Positions 35,988-46,832 of a stretch of DNA of 64,000 bases are shown here, piece after piece; position 1 is the stretch's first letter; every line of letters begins with the position of its first letter. The translations under genes and the position numbers were made by a program. The notes under the pieces are model-generated. The model had not been told where the DNA came from, searched no databases, and saw only the letters and a program-made list of their open reading frames with translations. The DNA comes from an uncultured virus (IMG/VR IMGVR_UViG_3300006201_000011). Lineage: Duplodnaviria > Heunggongvirae > Uroviricota > Caudoviricetes. The DNA is taken from positions 1-64,000 of IMG/VR virus record IMGVR_UViG_3300006201_000011. One strand, given 5' to 3'.

Positions 35988-37790
35988 ATGAATTACGAAA
36001 AAGTTATGGATGAACGGCAGCGTCATGTACATGAGCATTTTTCATCCTCAAACTATCTGGGAGATCCCCATAGAGTACAGAAACTAATGGATTGGATTAC
36101 CTTTTGGAGAAGAAACCCAAGCCGTTTCGTACAGTATTATTTTGGGATTACTCTTCACCTTTATCAACACATTATCTTGTTTCTAATGGATATCTTTCCA
36201 AGTATTTGTCTGGTTGCAGCGCGGAGTGCCGCAAAATCCTTTATCATTGCGATTTATGCTTGTAAGGAAGCAATTTTGCGACCAGGTGCGAAAATCGTCG
36301 TAGCTTCAGCCACGAAGGGACAGGCAAAGCTGATTGTGTCTGAGAAAATCCAGAAGGAAATTCTACCTCGATCTCCGTTGTTGCAGGCGGAGATTGAGCG
36401 CATCCGTGATAATCAGAATGAAATTGAGGTTTTCTTCCATAATGGAAGCTCTATTATTGTGGTGCCGGCCAATGACAATGCTCGTGGACACCGTGCGACT
36501 GTAATGATTTATGAAGAGTTCCGTATGATTCTGAAAAACATAATTGATACCGTTCTCTCTCCTTTTCTATATGTGCGGCAGGTTCCATGTATTTTGAAGT
36601 ATGAGGAATACAGTTCTTTGATCGAGGAGCCGAAAGAGGTCTATATCAGTTCTGCATGGTATAAAAACCATTGGATGTGGGATCAGATGAAGATCATCGT
36701 GAAAGATATGTTGAAAAAAGATTCTGCTATTCTGATTGGCATGGATTATAGCATTTCGTTGAAACACGCAATCAAACCAAGGGCGTTCCTTATCAAAGAA
36801 CGGAACAAACTGGATAGTGTAGCATGGGCAATCGAGTACGAAAACCAAATGATTGCCGAAAACGCCCACGCTTACTTTACTTACGAGATGTTGAATAAGA
36901 ACCGTTGCCTAAAACGTCCATTCTATCCACGGAAAAACGAGGATGTTTTGATGCGGGCAAGAAATCTCTATGCTATTCCTCGGCAGCAAGGAGAAATCCG
37001 TATTATATCTTGTGATATTGCCACTGAGGGGGGAGACAGCAACGATAACTCTATTTTCTCTTGTATTCGTGCTTTGCCAGAAAGTATGGAATACAAGACT
37101 TCTGATGTGAACGGAGAACACATTGAAGTTAAGCAAGGGTATCGCCGGCAAGTGGTGTATATGGAACCTCAAACGGAATTTGAAACAACCAAGCAGGCCA
37201 TTCGGATCAAACAACTATTTACAGACTTTGATGCGGACTACTGTGTATTGGATACCAGAAATGCAGGTATTGCTATTTACGATGCCTTAGCGAAGGTTCT
37301 ATATGATGTAGAACGCAATGTAGAATATGAGCCTTGGTCGTGCATGAACGACGATAACCTAAGATCTCGTATCGTAATTGCCGGTCAGAAAGAAGTAGTT
37401 TACTCTATTAAAGCCCAGTTGGAAACGAACAGTAAAATCGCTGTATGTATGAAAAATACACTCAACAGTAAAATGATTGAGCTAATGGTGCCCAATCAAG
37501 AGGGTGTGGAGGAACTACAGCGAATTGTTCCGGACTATGAGACAGCAGATGTCGAAACTCAGCTTTTTTATGAGCGTCCTTTCTTGGAAACTGTAGCACT
37601 AATCAATGAAATGATTGGGCTGGAGTATACGGTGCAAAATCAAACTGGGCTTATTAAAATTGAAGAACGGTCTGGAGCACGGAAAGACCGGTATACTTCG
37701 GTATCTTATGGCAACTATTTCATTGAGCTTTTGGAGCAGGATCTATTTTCGGATAGTTCAGAATACGAATATGTAACATTTTACAATTAA
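35988..37790 (+). CDS. terL: Terminase large subunit
   Basis: Walker-A-like AARSAAKS, ARGHRA, MIYEE, YISSAW; C-terminal nuclease SCDIA...KDRYTS. Confidence 0.9.
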   Translation: MNYEKVMDERQRHVHEHFSSSNYLGDPHRVQKLMDWITFWRRNPSRFVQYYFGITLHLYQHIILFLMDIFPSICLVAARSAAKSFIIAIYACKEAILRPGAKIVVASATKGQAKLIVSEKIQKEILPRSPLLQAEIERIRDNQNEIEVFFHNGSSIIVVPANDNARGHRATVMIYEEFRMILKNIIDTVLSPFLYVRQVPCILKYEEYSSLIEEPKEVYISSAWYKNHWMWDQMKIIVKDMLKKDSAILIGMDYSISLKHAIKPRAFLIKERNKLDSVAWAIEYENQMIAENAHAYFTYEMLNKNRCLKRPFYPRKNEDVLMRARNLYAIPRQQGEIRIISCDIATEGGDSNDNSIFSCIRALPESMEYKTSDVNGEHIEVKQGYRRQVVYMEPQTEFETTKQAIRIKQLFTDFDADYCVLDTRNAGIAIYDALAKVLYDVERNVEYEPWSCMNDDNLRSRIVIAGQKEVVYSIKAQLETNSKIAVCMKNTLNSKMIELMVPNQEGVEELQRIVPDYETADVETQLFYERPFLETVALINEMIGLEYTVQNQTGLIKIEERSGARKDRYTSVSYGNYFIELLEQDLFSDSSEYEYVTFYN

Positions 37791-37804
37791 GGAGGTGAAG
37801 ATTT

Positions 37805-39487
37805 ATGGCAGGTGAATCAAGATTTCGGTCATGGCTGACCAGACTGACAGGCGGGGAAAATCATCCAAGAGATACTACTGAGCAGAATGCGATTTCCTCT
37901 ACAGTGGAAGCAGTTTTACATGAGTTCAACACTCAACTCGGAGCGGCCTATTTGAATGCGGTCGGTTGTGGAAGCTCTAAGACAGCACCATATTCTACGG
38001 AGCAGATTATCAGAATGGCGCAAGAACCTATGAGATACATTACTGAGCTGCGTCAGTGGGCACGTTGGGCGTATTACTCCAATGGGACGGTTGGCACTGC
38101 GATTGACGCCCTGACAAGTCTTCACTCTCTGGATTACATTGTGACGGCAAGACCCAAAAAGTCCGGTGGTCAACGTAAAGGCTATCGCACTAATGCTGAT
38201 CGGATGAATAGTGTTCTTCGTTCTATGCGCTACAAAGAGGTGATTCGTGACGCTGTTTTTCATAATGCCAACGAAGGAATGTATGTAGGGTACATGGAAA
38301 CCCGCACTATTCCTGTAGAGCGGAGGTTGGCGCTGACGGATGCGGATATCAATGGCATTACTGATATCAACTCTGCTGGCGTCAACACGGTAGTTATCTC
38401 TCTTCCTATTGAATATGTAAGAATTATTGGCCGTAGGAATAACTGCTACGAGGTAGCGTTTGATCTGCGGTATTTTGATGGTATGTTGGATGACGAGCGC
38501 AAGCGGAAATTACGTGGATTTCCTCGGCAAATTCAAGACGGCTGGGAAAAGTATCACAATGGTGGGTTTGAAAACGGCGCTACATGGCTGAGGTTGGATT
38601 GGCGCAAAACGATTGTAACCAAAATTAAAAGCAGTCAGAACGATCCGTATGGCGTTCCGTTTGCTGTTGCGGCTTTGGATGATATTGATTATGCCAAGTA
38701 TTTTATCAATACCAAGCGTCATGTGTTGGATAAGGTAAACAATCAGATTTACTACGAGACATTTCCAGAGGGGAAAGATAAGGGTACTTCCGCTCTATCT
38801 CAGAAGCAACAGGAAAATCAGCATAACACGGTAAGACAAGCTCTGACACAGCGCACAAATTCCAGCGGCATTGCATTTTTCTCTTTGGCGGCAGGCACAA
38901 AAATGGATAGCCTGCCAGTCAATATTGACTTGCTGGACGAGGATAACGAGAATGCGATCAAAGAAGATGTGAACGAGGCTATCGGTGTGGGCGCGGCGGC
39001 TCTAAGCGGAAGCAGTTCCACAAGCAACTATGCTACGGCCATGCTGAATCTGGAGATTGTGGCAAACAATGTTTTTACATGGATTGAGGCTATTGTTGAG
39101 GAGTTGAACAAGTGCTTAAACTATAATGTAATTCGTGATAGCAGTTATCGCGTAGAGTTTAGGGTCCTGCCTATTACATTTGCTAATCGGGAGAAGCAGG
39201 TAAAATATTTCTCTGATCTGTATGCGCGTGGCAAAGGGAGCTTGCTTGCATGGATTGCAGCAACGGGTATCAATGCTGACGACTATCTCTCTCTCATGGA
39301 CTTGGAGTTGGAGGAAGATTTTGAAAATCGCTACCCAGTCCATAAAACTTCGTTTACTGTGACGGGTAAAGACGCTCCAGATGGCGATGTAGATAAAAGT
39401 ACCAGCGGTGATGCGCCACAAAATGCAAGCACCGCATCTACAACGGCTAATAATGGAAATGCAAGTCCATCTCCTTCTGATACGTAA
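37805..39487 (+). CDS. Portal protein (560 aa)
   Basis: Size and position after terL; YGVPF motif. Confidence 0.8.
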   Translation: MAGESRFRSWLTRLTGGENHPRDTTEQNAISSTVEAVLHEFNTQLGAAYLNAVGCGSSKTAPYSTEQIIRMAQEPMRYITELRQWARWAYYSNGTVGTAIDALTSLHSLDYIVTARPKKSGGQRKGYRTNADRMNSVLRSMRYKEVIRDAVFHNANEGMYVGYMETRTIPVERRLALTDADINGITDINSAGVNTVVISLPIEYVRIIGRRNNCYEVAFDLRYFDGMLDDERKRKLRGFPRQIQDGWEKYHNGGFENGATWLRLDWRKTIVTKIKSSQNDPYGVPFAVAALDDIDYAKYFINTKRHVLDKVNNQIYYETFPEGKDKGTSALSQKQQENQHNTVRQALTQRTNSSGIAFFSLAAGTKMDSLPVNIDLLDEDNENAIKEDVNEAIGVGAAALSGSSSTSNYATAMLNLEIVANNVFTWIEAIVEELNKCLNYNVIRDSSYRVEFRVLPITFANREKQVKYFSDLYARGKGSLLAWIAATGINADDYLSLMDLELEEDFENRYPVHKTSFTVTGKDAPDGDVDKSTSGDAPQNASTASTTANNGNASPSPSDT

Positions 39488-39503
39488 AGGGAGGTGAAGA
39501 AGT

Positions 39504-40700
39504 ATGGCTGAGAAGTTTTTTTATCCAATTTGTTATGAGATTTCCAGCGAAAGCAAGATTGCAGGCAGACGGCCTATCAAGGTCATCCTGCATGAAATCT
39601 TTCCAGACGATTCTACGTGGCAGGAGAATGGAATCTCGTGGATTGAGAAATATGTACAAGCTAACCTGCATTCTGTAGTAGGTATGTCAATTACCGTTGA
39701 GTTTCTGACAGATGATAGAGACATTCCTTATGGGCACGGAATGACTGAGATTCGTGTACAAGATAACTTGCCTTTGTTTGAGGATGCTACTATGGTGGGG
39801 CATTTTGACAGGGCGTATATTGATGACGTTGAAATTGATGGTGTAACGAAGCGAGTGTTGATTGCTGAGGGAACACTGGACGAGATGCGTTATCCAAAGT
39901 TTGTAGCTTGGCTGCGTGAGCATATGGCAGAATCCACTATTAAGGGATCTGTCGAAATTGTTGGTAAAGCCGAGCATGATGGATACATTATTTACTCCGG
40001 CGGTTGGAAAGAGCAGGGTCGTATTCCGCAAATCTATGATTACAGTGGCTATGCAATCCTTAGCGTCAAACCGGCTGATGAGGCCGCTATCGTGATGGAG
40101 TTAAATAATAAAAAGCAACAAAAGGAGGAAAGTACCATGGATGAGAAGCTGAAAAATGAATTGATGGCGGTCATCTCCGGAGCTGTTTCCGAGTCCAATT
40201 CCAAGTGGGATGAATACTGGGCAAAGGTTGAGGCAAAGGATGCTGAGATTGCCCAGCTCCAGGCGGACATCAAACTCAAGGAGGCCGAAATCGCACAGCT
40301 GCGGGCCGACTTTGAGGCGGCAAATGCCGCACAAGCCGCTGCTGAGGCTGGACTGACTGAGGCAAATGCCGCCAAGGAGACGGCAGAAGCCAGTTTGAGT
40401 GAGGCTAACGCCAAGATCGCCCAGCTTGAAAGCGAAGCTGCCAAAGCCGAGCTAAATGCAGCATTGGCACCTTACACCGAGGAGCAGCAGGCGATCGCAA
40501 AAGAGGAGATCGACGCTTTCAATGAGAACCCCGGAAGTGTGGAAATCAATGCTATCGTGGGCAAGATTTGTACTGAGATGGTGCGCTTGTCACGCGAGAA
40601 GTCGGTTGCAGAAACCAACGCTGCCAGTGAAATTGATGTTTTCGCTATGACAGACAGCACTAAGCTGGAAGCTGACGACGGTGAAGTCGATGTATTCTAA
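39504..40700 (+). CDS. Prohead protease/scaffold
   Basis: N-terminal globular domain (GHG, GSVEI) plus Ala/Glu coiled coil; position. Confidence 0.65.
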   Translation: MAEKFFYPICYEISSESKIAGRRPIKVILHEIFPDDSTWQENGISWIEKYVQANLHSVVGMSITVEFLTDDRDIPYGHGMTEIRVQDNLPLFEDATMVGHFDRAYIDDVEIDGVTKRVLIAEGTLDEMRYPKFVAWLREHMAESTIKGSVEIVGKAEHDGYIIYSGGWKEQGRIPQIYDYSGYAILSVKPADEAAIVMELNNKKQQKEESTMDEKLKNELMAVISGAVSESNSKWDEYWAKVEAKDAEIAQLQADIKLKEAEIAQLRADFEAANAAQAAAEAGLTEANAAKETAEASLSEANAKIAQLESEAAKAELNAALAPYTEEQQAIAKEEIDAFNENPGSVEINAIVGKICTEMVRLSREKSVAETNAASEIDVFAMTDSTKLEADDGEVDVF

Positions 40701-40719
40701 GAAAGGAAAGTGAGAGGAA

Positions 40720-41178
40720 ATGAAAGCAAAGACTATCGGTTATTTCAAGAATGTTCAGAACGTCGGCTACTGCAAAGCTGCTGTCGATCTGAAGGTGGGT
40801 ATGGGCGTGATTCTGGATCGCGCTGCTAAGACGGCTAATTTGCCTGCCAGTGCGGATGAGGCTAAGGCGTGCCACCGCATCGTTACCAATATTAACGATA
40901 AGCCTGAGATGCACAATTACAGTGAGACTGTGGAGGTCAAGGAGGGCGAATATGTTCGTGCTGACGATTTGACTTCCGTGGCAAACATGGAGATGGAGTT
41001 TGCCGACTATGAGATCAACGGCGGTGTTGACAGTGTTGACGCTGGCGATACCCTGGTGTTTGGCACTGATGGCCTGATTGTAAAGGGCACAAGTGACGGC
41101 TACAAGGTGTACTTTGAGGTCATCGAGAAGACCGCGTATATGGGTAAGGGTATTCTGGCCGTTATCCGCGTGCAATAA
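40720..41178 (+). CDS. Head decoration/cement protein
   Basis: 152 aa, between scaffold and capsid genes. Confidence 0.55.
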   Translation: MKAKTIGYFKNVQNVGYCKAAVDLKVGMGVILDRAAKTANLPASADEAKACHRIVTNINDKPEMHNYSETVEVKEGEYVRADDLTSVANMEMEFADYEINGGVDSVDAGDTLVFGTDGLIVKGTSDGYKVYFEVIEKTAYMGKGILAVIRVQ

Positions 41179-41195
41179 TGAAGGAGGGAGAAAAC

Positions 41196-42302
41196 ATGAA
41201 CCCGATTTATGAAATCAATATGAACAATGCTCAGGTTGTTGTTGACACTGGGCGTGTTAAGCAGAACTCCCCTGTTGTCGAGGTGTTTTCTGCTCTCGCA
41301 GCGGGCATGAAGCCCAATGTGGATGCCAAGGTTTTGGACAAATCTGTGGCAACGCTGAAGGAGCTGTCTTCTAAGGCTTTGGCTGGCGATCTTGCCGCAC
41401 AGAGCGAAATCAATACCATTGTCCGTTTCGCTATTGAGCCGAAACTGCTGGAGGCTGTGCGCCTATTCGACTTTATGGGTACTTATCGTCGGATCGGATA
41501 CCACGAAGCTCCTATGATGAAGACCTATAAGTATGAGAGCGTGGATTCTCGTTTCCAGGCTTCCAGTGCTGATGTGCCGTTTGCGGCTTGGAATTGGCGT
41601 GAGTACCCCATCGGCACCCAGACTATTTCTGGTGGCTTTGCTGTTGATTACCGTGAGCTTCAGAGCGGCAATTTCGACGGCAATATTGCCGAGGGTATGA
41701 ACCAGGTGCAGACTGATATGCAGAATAAGGCTGTCTATTATGTGATGACTGTTCTGTACAATGCGCTGAAGAACGCTAAGGGCGTGAAGCACTTTGCTGA
41801 GTCCACCGGTATTACCAAGACCGGCGTTGACAATATGCTGAAGTCCATGCGTCGGTACGGCAAGGTCAACATCGCTGGTGACTACTCTGTGGTTAGCCAG
41901 TTTAACGATTTTGCTGGGTTCAAGTCTCTGGCAGCTGACGAGACGCGGTACGCAAACACTATTGTCGCTGAGGAGATTCGTAAGACTGGACTTGTCAATT
42001 TGTACAACGGCGCAATCGTGACCGAGCTGCCCAACGCAATTAACTGGACGAAGCTGAATGCTGCGGGCACCGACTACGATCTGTATATGCCCCAAGGTCT
42101 GCTGTTCTTCCTGCCCCGTGGCGCTGTGTCCCCGCTGCAGGTCTTCCTGCGTGGTGGTCTGACCACTATGACTGGTGACGACATCGTGACTCGGCAGCAT
42201 CTGACCCGCTTCGACATGGAACTGGGCGCTGGTGTTGCGGAGGGTATGGAGGATCAGATCGGTCTGATTTCCGACACCAACTTTGAGGCACCCACCGCCT
42301 AA
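41196..42302 (+). CDS. Major capsid protein (368 aa)
   Basis: Size, position, strong RBS, followed by a hairpin at 42331-42352. Confidence 0.8.
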   Translation: MNPIYEINMNNAQVVVDTGRVKQNSPVVEVFSALAAGMKPNVDAKVLDKSVATLKELSSKALAGDLAAQSEINTIVRFAIEPKLLEAVRLFDFMGTYRRIGYHEAPMMKTYKYESVDSRFQASSADVPFAAWNWREYPIGTQTISGGFAVDYRELQSGNFDGNIAEGMNQVQTDMQNKAVYYVMTVLYNALKNAKGVKHFAESTGITKTGVDNMLKSMRRYGKVNIAGDYSVVSQFNDFAGFKSLAADETRYANTIVAEEIRKTGLVNLYNGAIVTELPNAINWTKLNAAGTDYDLYMPQGLLFFLPRGAVSPLQVFLRGGLTTMTGDDIVTRQHLTRFDMELGAGVAEGMEDQIGLISDTNFEAPTA

Positions 42303-42378
42303 GCGACGAACTAAATCAAAGAAAACTAAAAGGGAGGGGTAAAACCCTCCCTAATTTTCAATAACAAGGAGAATCGTT

Positions 42379-42849
42379 ATGGCAACAAATAACAATGTCC
42401 TGGTAAATAATCTGTGCGCTTGGCCTCTCTCTTTCTGGCGTAAAGCTGGGCAGGGTGATGTTGAGATCCCCGCGAACGCGAAGAACTGGCCTCTGCTGTC
42501 ATTCGAGGAGGTTCAGGCACAGATTCAAACTGGGAATAGGATGTTCACTGGCACAGACGGTATGGGCAACCATGCTCGTATTCAGATTGTCAATGATGAG
42601 CAACGTAAGCAGCTTTTCGGCCTGGAAAGTGTGGAGACAGACGCTCCTGCTCTGCTGAACCTGGATGCTGTCAAGGCATTGCTGAATATCCGTACTAAGG
42701 CCAAGTTCAACGAGCAGCTTAAAGCAATGGTAACAACCGATGCTGAGAAGAAGATGCTGGTAGAGTTGGCACAGCAGGCCGGGTCAGATGATGTTGAGGC
42801 GTGGAAGGTGGATGCCCTACGTGCTCTGGCTGAAACTGCCGCCGTTTAG
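42379..42849 (+). CDS. hypothetical virion-module protein
   Basis: AAGGAG RBS. Confidence 0.75.
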   Translation: MATNNNVLVNNLCAWPLSFWRKAGQGDVEIPANAKNWPLLSFEEVQAQIQTGNRMFTGTDGMGNHARIQIVNDEQRKQLFGLESVETDAPALLNLDAVKALLNIRTKAKFNEQLKAMVTTDAEKKMLVELAQQAGSDDVEAWKVDALRALAETAAV

Positions 42850-42875
42850 GTCTGAGAGAGGAGAGGGTATGGAAT

Positions 42876-43280
42876 ATGCCTAACGCTAAGAGAACAACCT
42901 TTGCGGATATTGAGAAAACCTTCCATTCCATGCCTTTGACGAAATTTGAAATCCCAGAAGGATTAGAGGCAGAATGGCTTGCCACAGCGGTTGCAGATTA
43001 TGAGTTGAATTTAAGCTGCGACTTGCGGTATAACGAGAAAACACAAAAGTTTGCCGGCAAACTGGATAGAACCGTTTGCCGGACGCTGGCGCAGATGATG
43101 TATGTGTCTTATCTGCAAAGGGAATTGAGCCGTGTCATGGCCTTGAATGGTATTTACGGTAAAGATGTACAGCTGACAGGGCAGGATGCTACAAAGCGTG
43201 TGACCAAGCAGGAGCTTGACGATCAGATTGCTTTGGTTGAAAGACTGCTCCATCGGCAGAAAGATCATACGTATGGATAA
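42876..43280 (+). CDS. putative head-tail adaptor
   Basis: Helical 134 aa protein; position. Confidence 0.55.
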   Translation: MPNAKRTTFADIEKTFHSMPLTKFEIPEGLEAEWLATAVADYELNLSCDLRYNEKTQKFAGKLDRTVCRTLAQMMYVSYLQRELSRVMALNGIYGKDVQLTGQDATKRVTKQELDDQIALVERLLHRQKDHTYG

Positions 43281-43291
43281 GGGGTGGTAAT

Positions 43292-44344
43292 ATGTCAGAG
43301 GAATCCAAGAGCTGGTATCGGATGACACGCCCCCTTTTCAACAGCGGTTTTGAGGATGATGAGTTTTGGGCATATGGTCAGGATGGCTTTCAGGAGGTGC
43401 TTGACTCTTTTATCGGGGCCGATGTGTTGATCTATGATAAGGCTGTATATGCCCAGCCACAACAGGTAAGAGCAATCGTTCAAAATAAGACCAGCGATGT
43501 TTACAACAGCACGACAGTACGACAAATTCTCTGTAATATTGGAATTTTGAAGTGCGGGCAGTATGTGAAATACGATGGAGCATTCTGGCTGGTCAGTGCG
43601 TTGCCAGACAACAACCGTATTTACGAAAAAGCGGTATTGTGGAAATGCAAACATTCCATTCGATTTGTTTCCCCGCTGACTGGTGAGATTGTAGACTATC
43701 CAGTATTTAGCACCAATAGTACACAGTACGGTACAGGTGAGTTGGAAAAGACCCACATGAATGTTGGAGAAGATCAGCATTTAATTTATCTCCCATTTAA
43801 CCAAGAGACGATTTTGCTGGATGACAATTTCCGCTTTATCATGGATAAAAGACGTGACAAGCCAAGTGTCTATCGTATTACAAGGGTAGATCCTGTTTCT
43901 TATGCGGTAGGCAGTGAGCGTGAGGAGGATGGGTTAATTCAATGGTCAGTGCTGCAAGACCAGCTGAATACCGCAACAGACAGTGTTGAACTGATGATTG
44001 CAGATTATCATGCTGCTACCTCTGGTGGTGTAGAGGAAGTACCAGGGTCAACGGCTTCTCTCATATTGACTGATTTGGACGGAGACTTCAGATTGGCAAG
44101 TGGCGAAACAAAGCAAGTACAGGTTCGTTGTTTGACGGCTGATGGAGATCCTATTGATCCACCTCAATACCACTTGGAATGCGACTTTGGCGGTGCAGTC
44201 AGTATTATCGCAGAGGAAGATGGTGTAATTACATTACAGGCAAAGAGCGATCCATCTTATGTTGGAAAGCAAATTGAAATCAAAGCGATCAATGACGAAC
44301 TCGCGTGTGAGGCTGTCATTACTATTCAAATCGTGAATTGGTAG
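43292..44344 (+). CDS. putative head-closure protein with C-terminal Ig-like domain
   Basis: Position; G.YV.Y....WLV pattern. Confidence 0.55.
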   Translation: MSEESKSWYRMTRPLFNSGFEDDEFWAYGQDGFQEVLDSFIGADVLIYDKAVYAQPQQVRAIVQNKTSDVYNSTTVRQILCNIGILKCGQYVKYDGAFWLVSALPDNNRIYEKAVLWKCKHSIRFVSPLTGEIVDYPVFSTNSTQYGTGELEKTHMNVGEDQHLIYLPFNQETILLDDNFRFIMDKRRDKPSVYRITRVDPVSYAVGSEREEDGLIQWSVLQDQLNTATDSVELMIADYHAATSGGVEEVPGSTASLILTDLDGDFRLASGETKQVQVRCLTADGDPIDPPQYHLECDFGGAVSIIAEEDGVITLQAKSDPSYVGKQIEIKAINDELACEAVITIQIVNW

Positions 44345-44348
44345 GGAG

Positions 44349-44855
44349 GTGAAGAGAGTGCCGCATTTTGACGCGATGATTCAGCAAAAAATCCTTTTGA
44401 AGCGTAAGCTGCTACAAAATCAGGCAGTGGTAAACCTGCTTTGTAATGTGGGCAATAATGTAGTGGAGTTTGAGAATATCAGAACGGGAAGCAAAAGTCC
44501 TGCGGCGTCTCTTATCAAAACTCACTTTTATGTCCCAGATACACAAACAGTAGATAAAAACTTCATTACGATGCGTAGCCGTGTGGTATATACCGACTCG
44601 AATGTGGTGAAGGAGACGGGGATCACCGTCTATATCATCTGTAACGAACACCAAATTGACTTGCTGCAGGGTTCCAGAGCGGATCTGCTGGCAGATGAGG
44701 TTGATTGTATTCTGAATAACGGAGAGGAACCTTTGTTTGGGCTGGGAGGAATTGTTCTGAGCACAGCAGATGAGGTTCAGTTTAACGAAGGATATTCTGG
44801 GTGGCAAATCCCATATATCACTCACGAGAGGAATAGGAGCGCAGAACTGTTATGA
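44349..44855 (+). CDS. putative tail terminator
   Basis: Position; R.DLLADEVD..LN. Confidence 0.5.
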   Translation: MKRVPHFDAMIQQKILLKRKLLQNQAVVNLLCNVGNNVVEFENIRTGSKSPAASLIKTHFYVPDTQTVDKNFITMRSRVVYTDSNVVKETGITVYIICNEHQIDLLQGSRADLLADEVDCILNNGEEPLFGLGGIVLSTADEVQFNEGYSGWQIPYITHERNRSAELL

Positions 44856-45571
44856 TTGATAGTCTAACTGCGCTGACAGGCGAAGCGTACAAAATTACAC
44901 CAAAAATTGGAGTGAGGAACCCAACATTGAGGGAGATCTACCATTATGGGGAGCAGCAGTATTTTGGACTTGCACAGACAATTTGTGCAACACCCGCTGA
45001 CCGTAAGGTAGAGATATGGGACGCTATGAATACTTATTGGGATAGGATAGACGAGTATGAGTTGTTTGTGTCTACGTTTAGAGCTATCCAGTTGCGTGAC
45101 ACGAAGATACTGTTTGGGGATTTAGATGTGGCTTCGTTTCAACCTATGCCCTCAAAGAACCTCAAAGATTTTGTTCTTGTGAATCGGGATGGGGCGGTAA
45201 TCGACCGTGCGGTTTACAAGTTGCTAACTGATTATCTACGGCATATCCATCAGTTCAAAAAGAATGAAGTGAAGCCGTATGACGATTATACCAGAGATAT
45301 TATGATCGAGGCGGATCGGGATGATCGCGAGGACGCAGCAAACAAGCCGTTCAAGTCCATGCTGAAACCACTTGTTTCTTCGGCAATAAACCTGCCTGGA
45401 TCTCAATTTCGATGGGATACTGTTTGGGATGCACCTATCGGAGTGTTTATGGACAGTATTATGCGTATGCAAAAGCGTGACCATTACTATTTCACAATGC
45501 TTGGAATTTATAGTGGTTGCGTTGATATGAAAAAAATCAACAAAAAAGAGCTTGAATGGATGTCTGACTGA
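44852..45571 (+). CDS. hypothetical tail-module protein (239 aa)
   Basis: ATGA coupling. Confidence 0.75.
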   Translation: MIDSLTALTGEAYKITPKIGVRNPTLREIYHYGEQQYFGLAQTICATPADRKVEIWDAMNTYWDRIDEYELFVSTFRAIQLRDTKILFGDLDVASFQPMPSKNLKDFVLVNRDGAVIDRAVYKLLTDYLRHIHQFKKNEVKPYDDYTRDIMIEADRDDREDAANKPFKSMLKPLVSSAINLPGSQFRWDTVWDAPIGVFMDSIMRMQKRDHYYFTMLGIYSGCVDMKKINKKELEWMSD

Positions 45572-45603
45572 CACCTGCGGCTAACAAGAAAGGATGGTTA
45601 ATT

Positions 45604-46398
45604 ATGCCTAATTTTGACATTAAGAGTGCTGTTATCAACAGATTTCTCCGTCTAACCGAGGTAGATCTGGAGTCTGGTATGGTGAATTGGGTGCTCAGAA
45701 ACATCGAAAGCCCCCAGGCTGAGTTCACTGGCGAATCTGTGGATAAGACCGACGAGCGTGGTATTCTAATCTCACGTTTTGATACCGCCAAGGGTTTCAC
45801 TCTGTCCGGCGAAAGTTCTAAGCTGGAGCTTGGCCTGATGGCTTCTCAGCTGGGTACTGAGGTTCAGGTGGCGACCGCCGACAAGAAGATCAAGGGTGAG
45901 GATTTCGAGATCATCACGATTGTGGAGGACAGTGGTGAAAAGAAAGCTACCATGGCTTATACCCCGACGACTACCCCCAGTGTGGTGTACGCGATCAACA
46001 AGGACAAGTCTCTGGGCGATCCCATTGAAGTCGGTACTGCTGATGAAAACGCCAAGATTACCGGAAATGTTATCACGCTGCCTGATACCTATACCGGAAG
46101 TCGTATTGGCGTGCTGTATCAGTACGAGACGGACGAGGCCGTTCGTGTGACCGACAGCTCTGAAACCTTCAACAAGAATGCCAAGTATATTGCCAAGATC
46201 CTGGCTGAAGATGTGTGTGGTGTGACCGCTGCTATCACTATTGTGATTTCCAAGGGTAAGCTGGACAACAACTTCAGTCTGAATCTGACCACCGAGGGCA
46301 CCCACCCCTTCAGCATTTCCGCCATGAAGGATTACTGCTCCGAGGAGGAAGAGCTGTGCTACATCCTCATCGGTAAGGCAGTTGGCGTGGGCGTGTAA
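45604..46398 (+). CDS. Major tail tube protein (264 aa)
   Basis: Size, beta-rich composition, codon usage like the capsid gene, position. Confidence 0.65.
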   Translation: MPNFDIKSAVINRFLRLTEVDLESGMVNWVLRNIESPQAEFTGESVDKTDERGILISRFDTAKGFTLSGESSKLELGLMASQLGTEVQVATADKKIKGEDFEIITIVEDSGEKKATMAYTPTTTPSVVYAINKDKSLGDPIEVGTADENAKITGNVITLPDTYTGSRIGVLYQYETDEAVRVTDSSETFNKNAKYIAKILAEDVCGVTAAITIVISKGKLDNNFSLNLTTEGTHPFSISAMKDYCSEEEELCYILIGKAVGVGV

Positions 46399-46401
46399 GC
46401 G

Positions 46402-46764
46402 ATGAAGCGTCATTGCCGGGTGTGCGGTGCAGAGTACGAGTATTGCTATTCCTGTGAAAAGGTTCATAGCTGGCGTGCTCTGACCGACACCGCCGACCAT
46501 TACTATATTCTCAATGTCTTGATGGAATATCAGGGCGATCACGATGCTGTGAAAGCCTATCATGCTCTTAGCAAACGTGGTGTGAATATTCGAGAGACAG
46601 ACGGCCTTTTGCCGAGTGTGAAAATGCTCATGGTGGAAATCGCCTCAAAAGTGAAAGGTATGAATGGGACGAGAAAGAAAGCTGTTCCCGCTGGTCAGGC
46701 GGTCGTTGAGAAGAAGGATGAAAAGCAGTTGCATTCAACAGATGATGCTGAGGTAAGTGAATAA
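46402..46764 (+). CDS. Zinc-finger hypothetical protein
   Basis: CRVCG..YEYCYSC. Confidence 0.7.
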   Translation: MKRHCRVCGAEYEYCYSCEKVHSWRALTDTADHYYILNVLMEYQGDHDAVKAYHALSKRGVNIRETDGLLPSVKMLMVEIASKVKGMNGTRKKAVPAGQAVVEKKDEKQLHSTDDAEVSE

Positions 46765-46832
46765 GAATAAAGAAGAGGCGTTGCAGAAAATAGGCTGCAG
46801 CGCCTCCTTTTTCGATTTGGAGGTGAGTAGAG

